Shown: piece after piece, positions 58,245 through 64,000 of the stretch | Layout of the letters: each line of letters begins with the position of its first letter | How positions within the stretch are numbered: the first letter of the stretch is position 1 | Source: a virus | Direction: 5' to 3' (one strand) | DNA: 64,000 nucleotides | IMG/VR virus record: IMGVR_UViG_3300050821_004255 | Location: 1 to 64,000 of that record | The notes under the pieces: model-generated | Seen by the model: the letters and a program-made list of their open reading frames with translations, nothing else | The model's database searches: none | Told to the model about the DNA's origin: nothing | Position numbers and translations under genes: made by a program

Positions 58245-58830
58245 TAGGGAACCTCACAGCGAACTCCTCAGGGGTGAGATCTTTCTTCCTGATATTGCAA
58301 TAGGAGCAGGCGAGAGCGTAGTTGTCGGGATGGCTAGGGCCGCCGCGTGATCTAGGGATTTTGTGATCTAAATGCCAAGATTTACCGTCTGGACCGATTG
58401 ACTGATTACCTTGCTTAGCGCAATAAAAACAGATCCAATTCGAAGCCTCACCCAACCTTTTTTTAGTCCCAACAGCCTCAACCCTAATCCGCTTTCTTTC
58501 AATCGATACCTCTGGAGGAACAGCTTCATGTTCATCACGGCATCTTGGGTCGTCTTCCGGCCATAGGCCACATAAGAAGAGTTTCTCCAAAATCCTATGG
58601 GTAGTCTCTACGCTCAGACTGGCAGCGGTTGCGATTGATTCCTCGGTTTTATCCGGTGGCCCCCAACTGAAACCCAGTGTTCTGCGGAACAGAAGACAGA
58701 GAATCTTAAATTCGTCTCCGCTCAATGCTGAGGCAAGCTCATCCAATACGATATTCGGTATCTCTGTAAAGCAAAAAACTGTTGACAGATCAAGCAGTTT
58801 ACGCCCATTGGGGCTATGAGTCGCAGACAT
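58237..58830 (-). CDS. wHTH-HNH fusion protein
   Basis: FTEIPNIVLD...LSGDEFKIL..L.RRTLGF (replication-O-like) plus CFYC...HLDHKIPRSRGG.....N..LAC..CN..K. Confidence 0.8.
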   Translation of the reverse strand: MSATHSPNGRKLLDLSTVFCFTEIPNIVLDELASALSGDEFKILCLLFRRTLGFSWGPPDKTEESIATAASLSVETTHRILEKLFLCGLWPEDDPRCRDEHEAVPPEVSIERKRIRVEAVGTKKRLGEASNWICFYCAKQGNQSIGPDGKSWHLDHKIPRSRGGPSHPDNYALACSYCNIRKKDLTPEEFAVRFPNA

Positions 58831-59136
58831 CTACGTCGCCCCTCCTTGAACTTGTGCGGTAATCTGCGGAACGGCGGCGAGTGCGTCTTGGTAGAAGAAT
58901 TCCATCCCGTCGATCACTCTGGCTATCTTCAATCGATCGGGCTTACTGTGTATCTGTTCAACATCAAAGATTTGCCGGCGCAAGTACAGGCCAGCCATGA
59001 AGCGGGCTTCGCGGAAAAGCAGTGTCTTCGAGGGAGCTGAGGCGTGGAAATAGATCCAGTGGTATTGGGTGTTGCTGCCGTAGCGGCTTCGAATACGCGC
59101 TCGCCACCAACCTTCGTATTTAATTTTAGATTTCAT
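58831..59136 (-). CDS. Hypothetical protein
   Basis: First ORF after a leftward promoter. Confidence 0.55.
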   Translation of the reverse strand: MKSKIKYEGWWRARIRSRYGSNTQYHWIYFHASAPSKTLLFREARFMAGLYLRRQIFDVEQIHSKPDRLKIARVIDGMEFFYQDALAAVPQITAQVQGGAT

Positions 59137-59238
59137 TCACTCTCTAGCCTGAGTGTTTGCCAGGGGCCGGATAGGGCTAGCTACCCGGCGCACCTGGACT
59201 TGCCTAATCCAAAAAACGCGTGTACTGACTGACTTCAC

Positions 59239-59266
59239 ACTATCACACGCTTTCCGCCGCTGTCAA
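59239..59266 (-). promoter_or_regulatory. Putative promoter for the replication operon
   Basis: TTGACA-N16-GATAGT with TG extension. Confidence 0.5.
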
Positions 59267-59271
59267 GGGCG

Positions 59272-59628
59272 TCACAGCGCCGCCGCCTTCCGTTCTGGCA
59301 TCACAATGCGGATCTCGGTGATCAGGACTTTCTCAGAGTAGCAATGCGAGCAAGTGATGTGCTCTGGATCGTCGGCTCCCGAGAAGTCGTGCATGGTCCA
59401 TTTTGTTCGGCAATCGCAGCACTCGAACCGGTAGGCGTTAGCGTAGGCTCCGCCGTGTCGGCGACCGGCTTTCCAAATGGCTGTTTTAGAATCGCGCCCG
59501 CAGCGGATGATGACGCGAGCATAGCGGTAGTCGGGCTGCTTTACATCTTGATCAAGACGTGAACGCGAATTGTCGATATGAGTTTTCACACTACCTCCAT
59601 GAGAGGGGCGGCTCCGGCTGGGGCTCAT
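59272..59628 (-). CDS. Zinc-ribbon protein
   Basis: CCDC...CSHC.S..V. Confidence 0.55.
   Translation of the reverse strand: MSPSRSRPSHGGSVKTHIDNSRSRLDQDVKQPDYRYARVIIRCGRDSKTAIWKAGRRHGGAYANAYRFECCDCRTKWTMHDFSGADDPEHITCSHCYSEKVLITEIRIVMPERKAAAL
59543..59560. repeat. 18-bp dispersed palindrome, copy 15
   Basis: ACATCTTGATCAAGACGT. Confidence 0.95.
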
Positions 59629-59786
59629 GGTTCCCAGCCGGTGTGACCGCTCTTCGAAGCATCACGCCGGCCGGGCGCGATGCAATTTATGTTAGTGACG
59701 GATGCAATTGTCACACGAAGGTGACAAAAAAGCAAGGAATATTTTAGGGCTTGTGTTCGGTATTGGTTGTAGAGTAGACTCTGACA

Positions 59787-60074
59787 GTGTGGTGGTACAG
59801 CAGCCAACTTAATCGAATCGAAAAGGGAGTAGAGAATATTATGGCGGGAATCAAAGACATCTCAACAGCACAGACAGTCGAAAAGGGCGATCTGGTGATC
59901 CTCTCGGGGCTCGTCACCCAACTGCTGGCGGCATTCGCCAGCGGCGCAATGACTCCGGCGCAGGCCCAGGCGACGCTGGATGAAATCAATGCAGAAGATG
60001 CGACCGTAAAGAGCAATATCGCTTCGATCCAAGCCGCACTTCCGCCCGCTCCAACCCCAACCCCCAGCGCGTAG
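59787..60074 (+). CDS. Small helical protein
   Basis: GTG 6 nt after TAGACT; alternative start MAGIKD. Confidence 0.55.
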   Translation: MWWYSSQLNRIEKGVENIMAGIKDISTAQTVEKGDLVILSGLVTQLLAAFASGAMTPAQAQATLDEINAEDATVKSNIASIQAALPPAPTPTPSA

Positions 60075-60077
60075 TAA

Positions 60078-60782
60078 ATGGACCAAGAGTGTCTCCGGCT
60101 ATCGCTTATTGCGATAGCCTTGCTGATACTGGCTGACGCCGGTTTCGGCCTCTTGCTGTTTGCTCAGTTCAAGACGCTGAGCTTTGTCCGAGCGCCGTTC
60201 TTCACCTGTTATCTGCTCCTGATGTTCGTGTACTTGCCGCTCTGGAATCCAAACGACAAGCGAATGCTGTTCTTGTGGGAGCCGGTGCTTTTATCGCTAA
60301 AGATCTGCATTGTAGCCGAGGTCTTCTGGTTGGCTACGGAGTATCTGTCGATTCGCGAGCGCCGTCGCATCTTACTTCTCTTGGGTGTCGCTGGCATCTT
60401 CGGGTCGTGCTTAATTGCGGGCTATTATGCCAGCGAGCCCAATGCGATTCGATTCTACAAAGCCAGCCGCCAGCATGTGAATCTGGCCCTAGCGATAATC
60501 TGTCTGTTCGGAAACATCTTCTGGTGGGAGCGAGCCATGCGGCGACCGCGCCGGCACGGTCTGTTCGTGACGCTCTATCTGGTGTCACTCACTGCCGTGG
60601 GGTTTCGTCAGCCGGCAAATCAAGCGGAGTGGCTAGAGGGCTTAATCGTGACCATGACGGCCACCCTCGTCTGTATCGCCCTGTGGGCCAAGTGGGGCCT
60701 GCTGGTCGCGCCATCGAAGCGTGCGCAGCTTGAACGCCCGAACGTCGTCGCTCAGGTCGTCAATACGTCGGTCAAGACGTGA
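60078..60782 (+). CDS. Polytopic (about 7-TM) membrane protein
   Basis: Seven hydrophobic segments; PFF..YL...WE.....L....V.EVF motif. Confidence 0.7.
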   Translation: MDQECLRLSLIAIALLILADAGFGLLLFAQFKTLSFVRAPFFTCYLLLMFVYLPLWNPNDKRMLFLWEPVLLSLKICIVAEVFWLATEYLSIRERRRILLLLGVAGIFGSCLIAGYYASEPNAIRFYKASRQHVNLALAIICLFGNIFWWERAMRRPRRHGLFVTLYLVSLTAVGFRQPANQAEWLEGLIVTMTATLVCIALWAKWGLLVAPSKRAQLERPNVVAQVVNTSVKT

Positions 60783-61085
60783 ATGAACGCGGTCGCTGTT
60801 TTCGGCGCTCTGTTCGATCGGGGATAGCCGGCGCTCCAGTTCCTGAAACCGGGATTCATTGCGAGTACGATCAGCCGCTGCGATCGCCTGGAGGGCTTGC
60901 AGTGCCCGCTCAATCTCAACGCGATTGCCGTTAATCTCGAACGCCGGCTTAATCGGCCTACGGTCAATTCCAGAGGCTTCCGGACCAACCGCTGCGGCCT
61001 CGGCGCGCTTCCAGAACTTCAGAAGAGCACCGAGGACCGCTACGCCAAACGCAATAATCCCACCTGACTTAGCATCGAAGTCCAT
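60642..61085 (-). CDS. N-terminal TM plus coiled-coil protein
   Basis: GGIIAFGVAVLGALLKFW then heptads; 3' end overlaps the convergent gene. Confidence 0.55.
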   Translation of the reverse strand: MDFDAKSGGIIAFGVAVLGALLKFWKRAEAAAVGPEASGIDRRPIKPAFEINGNRVEIERALQALQAIAAADRTRNESRFQELERRLSPIEQSAENSDRVHSRLDRRIDDLSDDVRAFKLRTLRWRDQQAPLGPQGDTDEGGRHGHD

Positions 61086-61100
61086 GTAGGGGGCCTGGAG

Positions 61101-61253
61101 CTAGTCGCCGTCGCTATTACCGTCGCTGTTACCAGGGTTGGGCGGTCCCGTTGGAGGGGGATCTGGATCATCGGCCGGTTTAGGTTTTGGACCTGTCGGC
61201 TTGGCCGGTGGATCGGAGCTGTGGTGCTTGTGTGGCTTCTCTTCTTGTGGCAT
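61101..61253 (-). CDS. Pro-rich 50-aa peptide (not in ORF track)
   Basis: MPQEEKPHKHHSSDPPAKPTGPKPKPADDPDPPPTGPPNPGNSDGNSDGD; TAAACT 6 nt upstream of ATG. Confidence 0.45.
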   Translation of the reverse strand: MPQEEKPHKHHSSDPPAKPTGPKPKPADDPDPPPTGPPNPGNSDGNSDGD

Positions 61254-61311
61254 GCCAAGAGTTTATCAGTGAAATGCATGAAAATACAAGAGAGAACTTT
61301 AGAGATTCAGA

Positions 61312-61845
61312 TTATTTTGCCTGATAATCCCCAACGGAGTTCAGCCGGAACGGACTCACGATAACGCGCGGCTCAACATACATTGGCTGAAAGTCTCCTT
61401 TTTGTTTTTCGCTCGCGCAGATCACCCAAGTGCCTTCGGCAGTCGGCGGCATGAAGAGGCCGTTAGGCTCCGCTTGATCGACCATGGATGATGTCGCATA
61501 GCTGGGCGATAATGGGCGATGAGGATTTGTGAACTGGACTCCGTAAGGCAGCCCATAGCCGATGGAATCGCAAATGTGCCACAATCGACCCTGAAGATCA
61601 GGCAGATATGTAAATGTGGCAATATTCTGGTCACGTAGCTCATAGAGCTTGCGGACAATCTTCTTTTCCGTGAAGTTTGAAATACCCGGCATCCCGGTTT
61701 GAGCAACAGCCTGTTCGTTCGCGATGGCCTGAGCGTTGTCCATCTTCCTGTCGGCGGCGCTATGCTGATCGGTGCATGACTCTTCCGATCCCATCAGCAA
61801 TAGGCATAACGGAAGAATCGCCAGAACGGCTAAGGTTTTTCTCAT
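61312..61845 (-). CDS. Exported (lipo)protein of a conserved phage gene pair
   Basis: Signal peptide; CDSIGYGLPY..QFTNP...QAEPNGLF.P....TWV.C...YVEP.V.VSPF. Confidence 0.7.
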   Translation of the reverse strand: MRKTLAVLAILPLCLLLMGSEESCTDQHSAADRKMDNAQAIANEQAVAQTGMPGISNFTEKKIVRKLYELRDQNIATFTYLPDLQGRLWHICDSIGYGLPYGVQFTNPHRPLSPSYATSSMVDQAEPNGLFMPPTAEGTWVICASEKQKGDFQPMYVEPRVIVSPFRLNSVGDYQAK

Positions 61846-62231
61846 AGCGTCCCCTTCATCTGATTCACGAAGGCCTGAAGGTCTCCAGGCAGTTTCGCGT
61901 TGTCAACTAACGCGGCCTCAGAGATGATCAGGGACCGCAAAGAAGCCTGCTGCGCGCTCCCTGGCTGGGCGTTCTGATACTGGAAACGCAAGCGGCTCAA
62001 GTACTCGGTCTTGCCCTGCACGTAGCTTTGCGTGTTCTCAAAAACCTCGCGCTTGGCGTTCTCCATCTTGGGAGCCCAGAAGCGGTAGATAGCCAGATCG
62101 CCACCAGTGGCGACAAAGCCAAGGCCGTAGCATACAAGCGTGAGGGCCAGTAGGCCCAGCGCTATTCTCGGAAGGCTCCAATAAGCCTCTCGTTGGATTT
62201 CTCGGAAGCCGTTGCGGTAATCAGTGTTCAT
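61842..62231 (-). CDS. Membrane-anchored partner protein
   Basis: One TM helix, REVFENTQSYVQG motif; AAGGAG RBS. Confidence 0.7.
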   Translation of the reverse strand: MNTDYRNGFREIQREAYWSLPRIALGLLALTLVCYGLGFVATGGDLAIYRFWAPKMENAKREVFENTQSYVQGKTEYLSRLRFQYQNAQPGSAQQASLRSLIISEAALVDNAKLPGDLQAFVNQMKGTL

Positions 62232-62257
62232 AGTCGTTCTCCTTTGTTTTTGATTTC

Positions 62258-62275
62258 ACGTCTTGATCAAGATGT
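62258..62275. repeat. 18-bp dispersed palindrome, copy 16
   Basis: ACGTCTTGATCAAGATGT abutting a stop codon. Confidence 0.95.
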
Positions 62276-62478
62276 TACTTCAGCTTCTTCTCCGGTATGC
62301 GGATGACGGTGACTCGCGTTTTGCGCCGTGGCTTCTTGAAGCGCTTGTCCACCTGGATTTTTACCAGCGCTGGAAATGTCTCACCACAATCTGAACAACG
62401 CTGAATGCCGCGAATCGGCCATGCAAGCCGGTGCAGCGAGCGGAAATGGAACATACAGCGAAAGACGGAGATCATCAT
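62275..62478 (-). CDS. Small zinc-binding protein
   Basis: C..H...CSDCG. Confidence 0.5.
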   Translation of the reverse strand: MMISVFRCMFHFRSLHRLAWPIRGIQRCSDCGETFPALVKIQVDKRFKKPRRKTRVTVIRIPEKKLK

Positions 62479-63665
62479 GCTGACACCGCCCTGCGAATGC
62501 GGGCTTTGTCTTGGTACGTAGGCCCGGTCGAAATATAGGTAACCGGGTAATCAAGTAAATCCTCAATCACGCGAACGCAGTCTTTCCCGCGTGTCGATTT
62601 GACGGGCAAGCGCCGCGCCAGCAGATCGGCTGGCGATTCAACCCATGTGAAGTCTAGATCAAAGAAACGATCCACATGCGTAATGGCGATTTCATCGACA
62701 CCGCCGATACAAGCCAGTGCATGTCTCGCAAGAACCGCATCGAAATGGCCCTGACGAAAAGCCCCTTGTGGGCCGGTACTGTTATTGTGGGGTTCGTTGA
62801 AAGACATGCTACTGTCTTCGCTCGGGAACGGTCCAACTCCGTGCCGGGTGGCATACGCTCGCAAGACGCCAATTTTCATAATCGGAATACTTGTCTCGGC
62901 CAGCATAGTCTCAGCCGGCGCAAATGTACAGTCTGTCCATGTTGTGTGTGGTTGAAAACCGTGTCTCTCGTCGAGCAAGATACCCTGGTTTCCTTCGAAG
63001 ATTATGGAACCGCGATGACTCGGCAAAATATCAGAGAATCGCCGGCTGCACAGTTCTTGGCGAAGGCACGCATAGGTAGCAGCCAAGTGCGCCGGTTCCA
63101 GCGCTCGCATTTCGGCATAAGCTGGATGATGGTCCGCGCATGACAACTCGCGCATTTTGCGGCGTTTGATAGTCGCCAAAATGGACGCCGCTTCTGGCGT
63201 ATTCAGATCCCTAATCCGTAGAGCTAAGCCAGAAAGCTCATCACTTCGCGTTTCGCCAATGCCGCGCCCGCAGGTTCCATCCGGCTTGTCGCCGCGCAAG
63301 ACTTCACGCAATTGATTCGCTTTCTGGTGGTATGGTGTGGTGATCACGCAGTCTGGATCGATCGTTAGATTCGCCAAAGGGTCTGGGATGCCTTTCTCAT
63401 GCAAGACGTCGGCCTCTCGCAAGAGCGCGAAAGGCTCGACTAACATTTGAGGCCCAAGATGTGTGGCCGCTCCCGCCAGCGTTCCGCTGCCGAACTGGGC
63501 GAAGCAGTGATGCCGGCCAGATGGTTCGACGACCGTATGGGAGCACTGGCAACCGCCAGAGGATCGAACCACCAGAGAGGCGCTATGCAGGCGGGTGAGG
63601 TGATCGACCACCCCACCCTTCCCCTCATCGCCAAAACCCAAGCCGCAAATGAGAAATGCCTGCAT
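62475..63665 (-). CDS. Adenylosuccinate synthetase-like protein (divergent PurA paralogue)
   Basis: GLGFGDEGKG, GTCGRGIGET, FEGNQGILLD, RAYATRHG.GPFP, QGAFRQGHFD. Confidence 0.9.
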   Translation of the reverse strand: MQAFLICGLGFGDEGKGGVVDHLTRLHSASLVVRSSGGCQCSHTVVEPSGRHHCFAQFGSGTLAGAATHLGPQMLVEPFALLREADVLHEKGIPDPLANLTIDPDCVITTPYHQKANQLREVLRGDKPDGTCGRGIGETRSDELSGLALRIRDLNTPEAASILATIKRRKMRELSCADHHPAYAEMRALEPAHLAATYACLRQELCSRRFSDILPSHRGSIIFEGNQGILLDERHGFQPHTTWTDCTFAPAETMLAETSIPIMKIGVLRAYATRHGVGPFPSEDSSMSFNEPHNNSTGPQGAFRQGHFDAVLARHALACIGGVDEIAITHVDRFFDLDFTWVESPADLLARRLPVKSTRGKDCVRVIEDLLDYPVTYISTGPTYQDKARIRRAVSA

Positions 63666-63670
63666 GTGGA

Positions 63671-64000
63671 TTATAGCCGCTCTGTCTCGCCAGCGGCCCC
63701 TGCGATCACTGGTAACTCTCCAGCATCGTATTTGCTGACCTCGCCCATGGCCTTAGCGAATGGCACCAGTGCGCCGTCGAGGCCGGTGGCAACGCCATCG
63801 GCCAGCAGTTCATCGAGTCCCACGTGCTCCTCGCCGATAGCGACTGCGGAGACGATGCACTCGCAGATCTTCCCCGGATCTTCGAGCTTGATCACGTTTT
63901 GCTGGCCAAGTAAATTCACCCAGTAACGCTCCAGGCTTGTGTCGTGGTAGTGGCTGCTCAGATTCGGGATTATAAAGAACAAGTGATACCGCTCTTGGAC
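63671..64000 (-). CDS. C-terminal part of a probable vWA-like protein (runs off window end)
   Basis: Open to 64000 (VQERYHLFFII...YWVNLLGQQNVIKLED...CECI); resembles proteins usually found beside this PurA-like subfamily. Confidence 0.5.
   Translation of the reverse strand, partial: VQERYHLFFIIPNLSSHYHDTSLERYWVNLLGQQNVIKLEDPGKICECIVSAVAIGEEHVGLDELLADGVATGLDGALVPFAKAMGEVSKYDAGELPVIAGAAGETERL

Noticed and set aside
59150-59680. GC-rich hairpins (about 59160-59195 and 59634-59676) as ncRNA or tRNA genes
   Set aside because: No cloverleaf or recognisable family; more likely leader hairpins. A similar one lies at about 20484-20520.
60765-60780. ACGTCGGTCAAGACGT as a 17th palindrome copy
   Set aside because: Two bases shorter, so half-site spacing is broken; similar partial matches at about 32073 and 52864 were also excluded.
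6909-62275. Palindromic repeats as a CRISPR array or REP/terminator RNA hairpins
   Set aside because: Copies are 0.6-12 kb apart with no spacer periodicity or cas genes, lack U-tracts, and sense-strand copies often mispair.
62475-63665. PurZ / Z-genome system
   Set aside because: Catalytic Asp (GDEGKG) is retained; no DatZ, MazZ or DNA polymerase seen in the window.

Overview
The whole window reads as part of a tailed dsDNA bacteriophage (or prophage) genome; both ends cut through genes, and no terminase, portal, integrase, rRNA, tRNA or CRISPR array was recognised. Layout: 1-6262 (-) large secreted fibre/enzyme-like genes; 6.3-11.7 kb small regulatory/accessory genes; 11.8-46.6 kb (+) virion module (scaffold, major capsid, decoration paralogues, membrane/lysis-like genes, adaptors, fibres/spikes, tail nozzle, GNAT, ejection proteins, a bacterioferritin-like gene and a polyvalent ParB/metallopeptidase protein), suggesting a podovirus-type particle; 46.6-64 kb (mostly -) glycosyltransferases, RusA-like protein, DNA methylase, DnaB, replication initiator with iterons, HNH genes and a PurA-like gene. 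A diderm host, possibly Acidobacteriota, is inferred from remembered sequence style only. Main unexplained signals: (1) 16 copies of an 18-bp palindrome ACRTCTKSATSMAGAYGT dispersed over 55 kb, enriched at gene junctions and promoters; (2) most of the large fibre/spike-like proteins carry Sec signal peptides and are Cys-rich, one with a CxxCH cytochrome-c-like domain, implying periplasmic maturation of virion appendages; (3) a bacterioferritin with a remodelled metal site between ejection-protein genes; (4) several small unannotated genes, including two paralogous ribbon-helix-helix genes and an ORF nested inside the polyvalent protein gene. All family assignments are by eye, without database searches.
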